Part shown: piece after piece, positions 37,454 to 49,766 of the stretch
Layout of the letters: the number at the start of each line of letters is the position of its first letter
Position numbering within the stretch: the first letter of the stretch is position 1
Assembly (NCBI RefSeq): GCF_963506605.1
Contig: NC_083282.1
Span: 47,430,001 to 47,494,000 of the forward strand
Length of the DNA: 64,000 bases
DNA from: Zootoca vivipara
Lineage: Eukaryota
Direction of reading: 5' to 3'
Program-made: the position numbers and the translations under genes
The notes under the pieces: generated by a model
What the model saw: the letters and a program-made list of their open reading frames with translations, nothing else
Databases searched by the model: none
Told to the model about the DNA's origin: nothing

Positions 37454-40186
37454 GGTGGATACTGGATTGGCTCCTACATAAAGGTGGGTCGGGCAGATGG
37501 AGCTGCCGCTTCAGCTGGCAAGCCTGGATGGGTGTGACATTTCCCAGCAGGAGAGGGCAGCACCCGTCACTTTTTCTTCCTATGTGAGGGAGCAGTGCCA
37601 GAGCCAAAAGCCTGCAGCCCGTGTATTACTGTATGCTGTCACAAGTGCAGCACAGGAGAAATGTAGGACTCCTCTCTCTTGAAGCCAAAAGTGAAAAGCT
37701 GCTTCAGCCTTGTAGCTCATTTGCTTCCAAGCTCACGGGGATCCTGGCACATATCTGAAAAAGAAATGACAAAAGGTTACGAAATGAAGATTGCCTCTAG
37801 AGAGGAGAGGGATCCACCTCCTTTCCCTTGAAACTCCACTCCCGGAGTTCCAAAGAAAAAAAGAGTCACGAGGAAAATGCCACTCCCTCTGGGGTCAGCT
37901 AATGTCCATGCAAGTAAAACCTGCTTTTTATGGGCAGGGCTGTTCTGTCCATGCCTTAGGAAAATAAATCAAAATTCTGCACTTTGCCAACCCTAGCTCC
38001 GCATGCCAAGAAAAGCAGAATTCTGCTTTCATAAGTAAATTGTAATTTGCACTTGAATTATCCATATGAAAACAAACAAACCATTTGGACAGATTTTTCT
38101 CATTTTGCAGAATTCAAATCATTCTGTCATAGTGAAGCTCCAAAACTATACAGGAAATGCGGTTCTCATCTCTGCCTTTATTGATTTTACCATGTGCTGC
38201 ACACCCATCTTGAGGACAATGTTATCTTCAAAGTGCTTAGAATCATTTTGAAAAAGATGAATGCTGTTATTCCTCAGGATTCTGAGTTCTATTCTCTGTG
38301 TTAACATCTGTGCTAGAGTGAGGCAATTGCACCCAGCTTTGCTTACAGCACAAAGAAGAGAGATGGAAAAATAAATAGAATTGGGCAGTTCTTTCAGTAG
38401 GTTAAAGGTAAAGGGTGGGTAGCCAAAGCAGAAATCCAAGTTTTGTGATTTCTTCCTTTAGTTTATTTTTTCATATTTAAAATATACAGGATATCATATG
38501 CTTTTATCATTGGAGACATCCTCCAGTCATATTACTGTCACAGAAGCAATGAAAAAACAAAACACCTTATCCAAGACTGTTCAGAACTTTCCAGTCAATG
38601 TTAAATAACTGTCAGAAGACTGCTTCCATGCCCCTCCATATTTGAACAAAGATTCTCTAGACAAATATGCAGCTCTCTCACTTAATCTGTTTTAGGGGTA
38701 TTCTTGCTGTTTTGCATGTACAGAAACCTGCACAGGGTCTTATTGTGTGTGGAGAGAAATAGCAAATGGAGAAATCCACTTTACATGTATATTTTTCAGC
38801 ACTGGATGCTGCTGAACATAGGTACATATCTGCTTTCTTGGTCCAGTGCATTTGGTTATTACGTCATTTTTGTAGTAGTTGCATGCAACACTTTGTTATG
38901 AATAACTCTCTGGATCGGGGCCAAAGATGGCCTTGCATTAAATCCAGAACTGCTGAAATCACAATAATAATCATCTTATTTGTATGCTGCCTTTCCACAA
39001 AAGAACCATTTTACAAGAAATAAAAATGAACCACATCTGAAAACCAACTGTTGTAAGAATAGTTCCATAATAGCATAATAAACAACAGCACAACTGCAAC
39101 TCTAAGAACATACAAAACACATTTCAGTACTATAAATATAGCAAGGGATCTTGCTATAAAAAATAACAAGGGATCTTGGCAGTTTTGCCTTGCTCCTCCA
39201 TTCACCTCTCCCAATATGTTGCTTACAGTCCCTCTTCTGCAGCAGGTTTCCAAAGGCAGGAGGTAGCTGGAAACAGGATAAACTAGTTACTAGGCTTTCT
39301 TTCAGCCAGGTCAAAGTTTGGCCAAAAAAACCCCAAACCATGCAAGTCTGCATACATATGCGCATGCACACACATACAACCTCCACATTTGATTTTAAAG
39401 GGCATAAGATGTTCCCATACAGGGTCTTTCTCATTTGGTCCATTATAGTGGAGCAGCACAAAATTGTACTGAAATCTTTAAAAAGTTGTATATTGTTGAT
39501 TCACTTTGTCTAGAAATAGATTAAAGGGTTTAGAGGTGTTTGCTTTCCAAACAGTAACATCCTTATAGCCTTATAGCTTTTCACAGCAGTGCAGTAAGGT
39601 TTGTTGGTACAATAGCACGCCTAATGTAACCCAAAGAAGTCACGACCACCAGGGGTTCAAGAAAGTAAAGCCTGTATGCTGGAGAAGTAGCACTGATGGC
39701 TAAATAGATTTGGGCTTGAAGAGGCAAAGAGAGAGCTGGATTTCCATATGATTTTTAAATCATCATATCCTACTTTGCGGATTTTTAGTTCATTAGTACT
39801 CTGGAGAGAATGTGAGGCAAAGTAACAACATTTATAGATGATGCAAATGGTTCAAGATGATTGTTAATAAACTGATTTTCAAAACACTTTTCAGCCATTG
39901 TGGTTTTCAAAGCTGTTCATAATATCCATGGGAAGCAAGTAATTTAAAACTTCAGGCAAAATCACAACATAAAAAAGCAGATAAAACAACAGCACAAAGT
40001 CAAAGCTTCAAAAGAGCCAGCTAAAACCAGGGGCAACCCACAATGAGAAGTTAGATTTTTGTAGTGTGCCAACACAACTGCAAGTGATTGTAAGAAGAAA
40101 GGAAAGATGTCAGTAGCAGCTAAAGTTTGCAGTATGAAAATCTGTCTATGCATATTTAGTTCATCTGTGCTTACTCCCAGGTAAGT

Positions 40187-40541
40187 TAATAATAATAATA
40201 ATTTATTATTTATACCACGCCCATCTGGCCGGGTTTCCCCAGCCACTCTGGGCGGCTTCCAACAGAAACATTAGAATACACTAATTTGTTAAACATTAAA
40301 AGCCTCCCTAAACAGGGCTGCCTTCAGATGTCTTCTAAAAATCTGGTAGCTATTTTCCTTTTTGACATCTGATGGGAGGGTGTTCCACAGGGCAGGCGCC
40401 ACCACCGAGAAGGCCCTCTGCCTGGTTCCCTGCAACTTGGCTTCTCGCAATGAGGGAACCGCCAGAAGGCCCTCGGAGCTGGACCTCAGTGTCCGGGCAG
40501 AACGATGGGGGGTGGAGACGCTCCTTCAGGTATACGGGACC
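40187..40541 (-). mobile_element. L2-clade LINE 3' fragment (same family as 6394-6881)
   Basis: Close to the reverse complement of 6495-6840, with (TAA)n tail. Confidence 0.85.
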
Positions 40542-41345
40542 AAGTTGTTACAAGACTGCAACCACAAGGTTGTTTAGGAGCAAAGTTGTGGGAATGGCAT
40601 GAAGAAGAATACCTTTGTCATGTATCCTACCCTGCTACCATGCAATAAAGATAAATATTGCTTCTGTACGCTTAACACCTAGAAAAGCAAATCAGTTGCT
40701 AGAGATTATTAGGCAAGACAAATCAAAGTACCAAATACCAGGATTGCTCCTGTACAAATTCTGCCTACCTCATGAATCTTAGTGGAAGATAACAGGCCTG
40801 GTTTTTGTGCAGAAAAAAGCAACCAAAGTAAGCAGAAATATGCAATACCTTTCACATGACAGCTTATGAATGTAGGTCTACAGTATGCAGAGTAGGCAGC
40901 TGGAAAGTTGTAAGTAGTTAGGTTATAACGTCTTATCAATAAAAATCAAGAATGGTTTGGAAAACAAAAAAGGGAAATTTGGTATTTTGTATAATACTAG
41001 AGTTGGTGATCATTCCGTGAAATTAAGGCACAATTTTTAATACATGCAATATGTGCAAAAATAGCTGGTTCCTTAGATGCTCAGGGTATTCAGCATAATG
41101 AATAAATAGTAGAAGCTAGTAATCTTCAGAAAAAGTATTAGTAGCCCCAGTTGCTACACTTTCTCAACACCTGACCACAAGGGCTAAATTGATGGACCTC
41201 ATTAAAGCTACCCCTGCAGTAAAGCTTCTTCCCAGTGGATACTTAAAATGAGACTCCATCTTCCACAGGGCTGATAAAAGATCCTTCTTTGAAGTGATCT
41301 TCCACATGGGGGCCTTCGCAATGACACCCCATTTCCAATGAGGAT

Positions 41346-41515
41346 TAGGGTTGCCATATTTCAAAAAGTAAAAACCAGGACACGCTGAAGACCCCAAAAT
41401 TGACTTGCTTAAGATCCAGGAGAAAGTGCCACCTTTTGGAAATTCCCCCCAGATCTCCAATCTGCCTTTGAAATCCCAATAATGCCCAGGAAAATCTGGA
41501 CATATGGCAGCCCCA
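41346..41515. mobile_element. hAT MITE
   Basis: TIRs tagggttgccatat / atatggcagcccca; TSD atgaggat/atggggat. Confidence 0.75.
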
Positions 41516-44500
41516 ATGGGGATGCGTCAATGGGCCCCTCATAAGCAGGACCCCCTCTTCCAGCAATTCTAATAGATTCCACTCACTGGTGCTGCAGTCT
41601 TGGATCTCCCCATAGCAAGCTTGCCCCTGGTGCTATGATGCACCTGTCTTCTATGAGTACCAGCCTTGTCCGTCAAAGCTTAGCTGCATTAGGGCTCCTG
41701 GATCAGATTGGCACAACATCCCTCAGCTGAGCTGTGCTCGCCTCTGGTGCTGGCAGCAAGGATAGTGGCAGAGGGCAGGGATCCCACACAGTAATAAAGC
41801 CCCATTCACAGCACCAGCCTCACATGGTCCCTCATCAGCATCTGCCTCTTGTCACCAACTGGCTCTCCAGCTTGTTGAACAATAGATCCTTGCGTCAAGG
41901 CTGTCTTAACCCTTGAGACACAAGTCTTTGTCTAGGAAGAACGGAGACCTGGATGGGGTTCTAGGAATTTCTCTGTACCGGTAGTTAGTGACTTCCTCCC
42001 CATCACTGCTCAGATGCAAACCATTTATCAGTTGTCACTGCCTGTAACCACACATTAACACCTTGCTCTCCTGACTTCTCCCTTCAGGGAATCTCCGGGA
42101 AATGGCTGTTAAGTATTCCCATCATTAACAGACAGAAATGCTACTGTCCCAAGCAAGTGCATCCCTGCCAAGGCGACCTTGGAATATCTTTGCAGCCTCT
42201 ACAGCTACAAACTTTATTTAGAAGGATATTGAAAATGGCAGGAACAGAACTGAAAACAGAATAATTTTCATGAGTAAATGCAGTGCTTGCTAAATCTGCA
42301 TGCTGCCCCTTAATTTTCTCAAGCCACTCAGCCTCTTGCTGTTTACCTTTTGCATAGGATTGACCTGTATTTTACGTACTGTATAGTATAGTACCATTTG
42401 TGACATTAGAGCAGGAGTGGGGAGCCGGTGGCTCACAGGATGTTGCGCTACAACTCACGGCATCCCACGAGACTGATGGAAATGGCGAGATCCACAGGCT
42501 CCCAATTCCTCTTACAGGGCAGCATAAGGAACCTTATACTGTACAGCCCAAGGGCCACAAGCCAGAGGTGGCCAAGACCAGAAGCAAAAGTAGGTGGGGG
42601 GCAGAGGCGTATGACCTTTTTAGGATATGTATCTTCTTATGTATTTTGTTATGTCGTGTTGTCATTCAATATGGTTTAACAGTACTTCTTGTGTATGTAA
42701 ACTTCTCCGAGGTGTTTTGGATAGTAAAGCAGTCTATAAGAGTGGATGGAACAACAAATAGGTAGGCCTCATTCCACAAGTACACACATCTCTCCATCTC
42801 CCATCCAGACAAAATAAATCAAGACAGGCCTAGGGCACAGTCCAGCCAAGCAAAAGCACAGAAGGAAGGTATGGGGTAGTACCCACACGGGGTGTAGCTT
42901 AGGGAGAGTCCCAAGGCTGCGTTTGGTGCCTGGGCCTGAGGTTCCCCGCTCCTGCTATAGAGTACACAGCAATGTGAATGACTGAAGACAGCCCTTGTGG
43001 AGAGGGAGCTTTGCATCCCGCTGTCTAAGCTGGCAGAGTTTAGGCCTAAAGCTTCTTGCACGATAAAGCATCAGCTCACTCTCTTACCATTACACATCTT
43101 TGGTGGGGAAATACCAAACACTGGTAGGAGGATATACTAAAAGCAGAGCAACACAATGCTATGATGCATTTTCGTTACGATTTTTCACTGTAAAAGCTGC
43201 CACTTGAAAGTTTCCGCAATAAATAAAATTCCTTACCTTCATCCTCTTTTATCCTTTTTAAAAGTGCCTTTTCACAAACATGGTTTCCCTGTACTGCCAC
43301 TGGGGTAAGGGGGAGAAACTCTCACCTTGAGATGCGCATCCCATTGGAAGTAATGCAGTCTAGAGAAATGACACCTGCATATCTTGTCTCTGCATTGCAT
43401 TCCTTTCAATGGGAGGCACTTCCATCGTGCATCCCAGCCTGAGGGAACGTTTGCCCTGTTGCTTTGGCAACAGAGGCATGCACACTCTTCCTCCGGCATC
43501 CACCTTCTTACAAACAGTTTATTCATCCCCTTTTGCTGAGGAATGTAAAAAATGGATGAAAAGGCAAGGCATCGTATCAGAGGGGCCAGAGATCTGCACA
43601 AAATGCACCAGTCAGTCAGCTATCAGGACTGAGTATAAGCAGGAAATGTGGCTCATGGGGTCAAAGGGAAGTGAGGCCTAATCATACAAGCATCTTACTG
43701 TTAAAATCCACCACTATCTAAGGCTGCACACTTATTTAGGAAGTCAGTGGGAGTTGCCTCTGAGTAAACTTTTAAACATGCATGGGTCCAGGCTATCTTT
43801 AAAATCCAGTTTAAACTCTTGTTACTGCATCAGTTAAGAGATCTGGAAGATGTTCAGTACAAGTACCACTACTTTACAGGGAATTAAGGGGATGGCTAAA
43901 AGTCCCTGCTCCTCTTGTAACAGATTCCCCTTTATTCTGGCCAATTGCTTAACATCTAGATCAGTGGCTACTTGAGCCTTGCCTTGGCAGAACCAGGTGG
44001 TCAGAGAGGGGAGAGGCCTGATCCAGACACAGCCTGACCGTGTCAGGCCAAGCCCCGCTCTCTATCAGGGACAGAGCATGAGATCACTGTTAAAACCATA
44101 AGGAGAACAGGCTTCTTCGGGGCACGTTGCCAGCCGAGGCTGCATTGATGCAGAAATCAAAGCTCAGTGACTTGTAGGAGGGCCAGGAAGAGTTGAATAA
44201 ATTCCCCCACCCTCTCCGTGCACCACACAAGCCTTTCCATTCTACCTGTGTGTGAAGTTTGAACTCCTGGAGGAACAACCGCTTGTACCCTGTGGATTCA
44301 TGAGCACAGGCATCCAAGTCCATGGTTCCATCCACGTCACTTATATGCCAAGCAGGGCAAAAGAGCAGCTGTGTGCTCTAAGCGGTACTTGCCTGGGATT
44401 TGTGCTGCCGTTGGCACACGATGGCTTCTAACACACTGCTTGCTGTGTTTTGCTGGATTGCCTGCAGCCAGGAAGGGATTACAGCCAGCTTGGATTGTCA

Positions 44501-44564
44501 GCTATTCAGCATTAACCCATATGGGAGAGGACCTCTCACACTCCTTCTCATCCCTCCCTGCTTT

Positions 44565-44780
44565 TAGAACCGTAGAATTGTTGAGTTGGAAGGGACCCCC
44601 AACGGTCATCTAGTCCAGCCCTCTGCTATGCAAGAATCACAGCTAAGTCTCTGGGGCTACTGAACAAGGGCAGACGTAGAGGAATGTTTCCAGGCACTTT
44701 GAGAGCATAGAATCAGAATGGTAGAGTTTGAAGGGACCCGGAGGATCATCTAGTCCAACCCTCTGCTATGCAGGAATCTC
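44565..44780 (-). mobile_element. Two adjacent CR1 3' tails
   Basis: tagaa...gagtt(g/t)gaagggacc...tcatctagtcca occurs twice (~44565-44640, ~44706-44778). Confidence 0.65.
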
Positions 44781-47700
44781 AACACACAGCCCCTCATCCA
44801 ATATGAAACCATACTAGACTCTGCTTAGCTTTGCAAATCTGCTAGCAGTTTCGCAGTTGCAATGGATGTTTCCTAGGAAGCCATTATTAAATGAAATTAA
44901 AATAATGGTGGTGGTGGTGATCAGAGGAAGAGCAGCTTTGAGGAAAGACCCCATCTCCTTTCCACACATCCCCATATCCTGAAAGTATCTGAGCAAAAGG
45001 CAATCCCTCAGGAATGCCACTAAACATAGTTGTAGGGTAACAAGGGACGAGCCGTGTGTATGTGTGGAATTTGAAGAGCTTTCAATCCCACTCCAAGCCT
45101 TGACCGAAAGGGAAGATGACAGTATGTAGTGGAGACAACCAGGTACAGGTAATTGCTAGAAGGGACATCAGCTTCACTCACCTAAAGCTGATTCTTCACA
45201 GAAGATGCTGTAGCAAGTCTTGTTTCTTTTGCCTAAGCTCTCGGACTTGCCAGGATGCTGGTATCGTCTTCTGCTCTTAGACTTGACAGATGGGACAATT
45301 TTCAGATTGTGGCCCGAGGATAAAATTAAAATCTATCTTCTTCCCTCCCTGCCTGCGTCTACCTGTCAAGCAACAGGTGCAAGTCCCACCTCCTTCCTCT
45401 GCCTGTCCTAGCTCAGGTGCTGCGTCTGATAGGCTCATAGCATACACTGACCTTTGCCCAGACAGGTACATTCTCCAGAAGGGCGGGGATGGAAAGACAA
45501 CCTGCTGTTGTCCTTGGAAGCATTCCAGCCTGGTGACTGTGTGCTTGAGGCAAGCGGAAATAAGAAGGCTGATGGAGCAAGGGAAACAGGAGGATATACA
45601 ATACAGGCAGAGGTAAGCAAATACAGGTTGAAAGAGTTCGGTGTTAACCCTCACCAGACAAGCTCCTTGCCAGACGGGTTCACATTTCCACCCCCTAAGC
45701 AGCGCAGTCACATTCTGACTATTGCTAAGGGGCAGCAGAGAGACATGGGGCCATTTAGGATGCAGGGTGGTGCCAGGAAAGAAACACAGCCATTCTGCAT
45801 TTCTGTGCACCTGTCAGGAAGATAAGAATCTTCCTCAGACTTCTTGAAAAGAGAGCTTTTCTTTTAGCAAAGCATTTTCTTTGTGCCTAAAGCAAAGCAT
45901 TTTATTGGCCTTTGAGAGAAGAAGTTCTGACTGGGCAGGATCTTCTCGAGGCCTTGGTGTCTAAGTAGTAATGGTATGGCTAGGATAGTATAATATAATC
46001 ATTTCTAAAAGAGTAGGGACTTGTGGAATACTGGCTAATGAATGGATCAGACTTTGATGGACAGTGAACCCCTTACACCTTCAAAGCCTTTCCCCCCACG
46101 ATGGTGCCATCAAAATAAAGTAAGTGAATAAACAAGATACCGGTACTTGGTTTTTGGATTAACAAAATAGAGAGACTAGGAACCATCTCCACCCCCTACC
46201 CATTAACTTAATGTTCCCAAATCCTTTCAGCATACAGAGGTATATTTAAATAATACTGAGTGGATAGGCAAGTACCATTGCTATGGGACACTCAATATAG
46301 ATGGTGCAACACAACATTCAGTTTTTTGGGGGGAGAAGATCGCATACATTTTCTAAGACTTGTAAATGCCCTGCATTTCATGGGGTTGAAGGCTTGACTG
46401 AATACATATTTTTATCTCAATACGCCAATACTGCCTGTACTTCATTATTGTGGGGGTGGGGAAAGCTTATGATATGTGGTATTGTTATTTCCATTTTATA
46501 GAGAAATGTGATAGAGAACCATGCATATGGTCATCCAGCAAGCTCACGTCAGAGTTCAGACTTGAAAATGAACTCTACAATAGCCAACAGCAACCATCTT
46601 CTCACCAGGTCACACTATTTGTCCATTTTGTTAGCATACCCAACACACGGTCAAATCAAGTGCCACCAGGGTTTTGAGTGCTAAAAGATTTGTGGCTGAT
46701 GGTGACAGCAGCAGTCTAGGATTGCTTTTCTTCCTCTTTCTCCCTACCTTGCCTAGCATTGCCATCACATACTGCAAGGCCTGTCTTCCATTGGCTTCAC
46801 ATTTCCTACCTACCTCGTTCCTGACAAAAAGTCACAATTCCAGGTTATGTGATTTCTAAATCATGCCGAGTTATTGGATTCTGTTACTCTTCCCTCTCTT
46901 CATTTATTGTGTCTTCCCTTACCCGAGTGTAATACAATAGCACATATTCCTTTCCTATAAGTGACAATGGTCATATCTTCAGTTGGATTTTTTGAACTTC
47001 TGGTAGGCTTCTTGCAACATAAATTGTCTGGTGTAATGCCTGATTATGTGCATGACAATTCACATTTCCTTCTGTAAATCTGTGGTACTACTTCCCACCC
47101 TGTCTTCAATACCTTTCTTCTGGTTGACTACCGATTTGCACAACTGTATACAGTATAATACTTACCCTCTCCCCTCCTCTAGAGATACTGTCTGATTTAA
47201 ACAGGTATGTTTTAGCAGGAGACAAAGTGTGTGAATTGATTCCTGTTAAAAACATGTAAGTTTTATTTGGAAAACACTGGGTGAAATATGAAGACTAAGT
47301 GTGCACTAGAATGAAAAGCATGGTTTTCATAGCTATGTTGACACAAAGAAAAATGCTAACATACCTTCTTGTAAAAAAAGAAAAGAAAAACCCTACTTTG
47401 TGATGCAGGCATGGTATGAGCACAAAGGATTGTTATGCTGCCTCAGAATCCAAGACATGACAGTAAACATAGCTAAAACATCCAATAAAACCTACATTGC
47501 CATTCTGCCTCTGTTCCATGAACTTCCTCTGGTCTAGGAGTAATTTTCCAGCGAGTTCTAGACTCCCAAAGTCCCTTGGTGAGATGGTTTGTCAGCAGTG
47601 GGTTGTTCAGCAATCTTCTCTGATCAGGGTAGAGTCCACTCCTTTTGACATGCTCTCCAATTACATCTTCTGAAGCGCCTGTGTGTGCGTGCACCATGGG

Positions 47701-49557
47701 AAAAACTTCTCACCTGAGGGCAGCATTGCACCATTGTGGAGCAAAGGCTAAATTATTAGGGAGTGTTTTAAGCACCTGTCAGAGGAAGATCACTCCTAGC
47801 TACCTAATAATTATCAAGAAAAAGATTGATTCACATCCGCTGTCATTGCCGGAAGAATTAGTGCGGGACGTATGGAAGAACATGGGATATGAATGATTTA
47901 GGAATTGTAGACATGCATATTATTAATTAGTTCATAGAAAGCATTACATGTAGCTTACTCTGAAGAGCATCTGCCTTGTTAAGGAATCCTCTCTGCTGAT
48001 CTTCTAAAAGTTTCTAAAGCAGTTACAGCAACTACCCATATAACATAGATTATTGGTCAATTTCAGAAGGCTTTTAATTCGTAAATGCAAATAATTAAGA
48101 GAATAGTGAACCTACTTGACCCAGGGTGCTGCAGAGTCTTGTTCTGGTAAGTCAGGGAAGAATAACTTGAAGGGTATAGCTTATCACCAGCACACCATAA
48201 ATTGCTGAAGTGCTTTTGCTTTGTTGCCTCATGGAGGACAGAAAACAAATAGTTGTGTTGTGAAAAGGATATGTTACTAAGCAGATTAGATTACAGAACA
48301 GTCAGTGTCGGTATCAGAAAAGCAGAGGGCATATTATTGTTGCAAACAAAAGTCAGCCAGTTTTATTGCATTTTCACTGGCTGCCAATATGCTTCCAACT
48401 TCCATTCAGCGCCCTGATGCTTACCCATCAAGTCATTTGCAGCCTGGACCCCACATATCCTAGGGAATGCCATTTTTTATATTGTCCCCTATGTCAATAG
48501 CAACCTGCTTCTCAGGCCCTGCTTTGAGTACCAACTCAAGCATATCATGGCAAGCATCAGTTGCCCCAAGGTGGAATCCCCCAAGGGCCATTATTCTCCC
48601 TCTCTATTGGCATTTGGTGCATTCACATGTGCCTACAAATATATTTCTGCTTAGCCCTCAGTTCAGCCAACTGGTTTATTTGTTTGTTTAATTAGATATG
48701 TTTATTTTGTGCTTTGCAAGTTTTGTGTAACTGGTGTATCTATTTTTTTAAACACACACCACTCTTTGTACAAATGATTTGAATAAATAAATTTATCATT
48801 ACTATCTAACACTCATGGGGATAGCGAGTCCTTCTTTTCCTTAGTATCTCCCATTTAGCATTATTCACACACAGTCTAAAGGTTTGTCACATTCATGCTA
48901 ATAGTTAGCAATATATCTTTGAGAAGAGATATATAGGGGTGAGGGGGAAGGACTGAGGACACTTAGGTTGGGTGTGTGAGTGAGAGAGATATTGCTCATG
49001 TAAGTAGGCTCATACCTGCAATCATCCATGCACAGACTTATTGTTCTGCAAATAGCTGGAAAAACAACTCAGAACAGAGCAATGGTTCTGCCACAGAGTG
49101 TACCAACAGGGTCTCAGGATTCATCAATCAAAGTTTTGCTGCCAATGGGAAAAGATGCAACCAATTCTTTATTTCCCAGACTAGCTCAGGGGACAGAGAA
49201 TGTGTAGAGTTGAGACTTTCTTGCATCAATGCTAGGCACAAGGTTCCTGTCTCCAACAGGATTTTTGCTTTGAGTTGAAACAGCTATGTTATGTGGTAGA
49301 GATAATGGCCTCACCTATGAGCAGCCAGCTTCTTCCCTGGTGCTCTGCATGTTTTTTCACTTGATTCTCCTGTTTGGAGACTTGCAACATTAGCAAGAGG
49401 CAGACAAATCTGGTCTGACTTGTTTATTGTTTCCCTCCCTATCCAGAATCAGAGATGCTAAAACAAAAACAAAGAACCCAAAGGGCCAGGGTAGGAGTGG
49501 GTCCTTGGTCTAGAGATGTAGAGAAGATTAGCTACGTTTGGATGCCTTCTGCACATG

Positions 49558-49766
49558 TCAATGTGATTGTTCAGTGCTGCTTCTGTCCATTTCTAGCATG
49601 GGAAGTTTTGAAGCTGATGTAGGCCGAACCGCAAGAGCTTTATCCTGCCCTTGCATTTGGTCTCGGAGGTACTTGATTTCCAGCCGCTGCATTTCAATGA
49701 TCCTCTCTGTTTCCTCCTCTGGATTCAACCGTAGGATGGTTGGAGTGTGCCGATCAGGGGAGGGAG
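49558..49766 (-). CDS. CFAP57: CFAP57 last coding exon (...[15 protein letters not shown]...EQSH*)
   Basis: Acceptor tttcctccag, phase 1, TGA; AATAAA on minus at 49423-49428. Confidence 0.88.

Noticed and set aside
36801-37587. Alternative-frame and antisense ORFs over TMEM125 (similar ones over the TRIM gene)
   Set aside because: Shadow ORFs of GC-rich coding sequence.
45277-45825. 177-aa (-) and 123-aa (+) ORFs
   Set aside because: No recognisable domain, mutually overlapping, non-ATG starts; more likely regulatory or UTR sequence.
48460-48600. Minus-strand FHLGATD...MAFP resembling a DIRS/SGNH-type relic
   Set aside because: Too short and frameshifted to support without a profile search.
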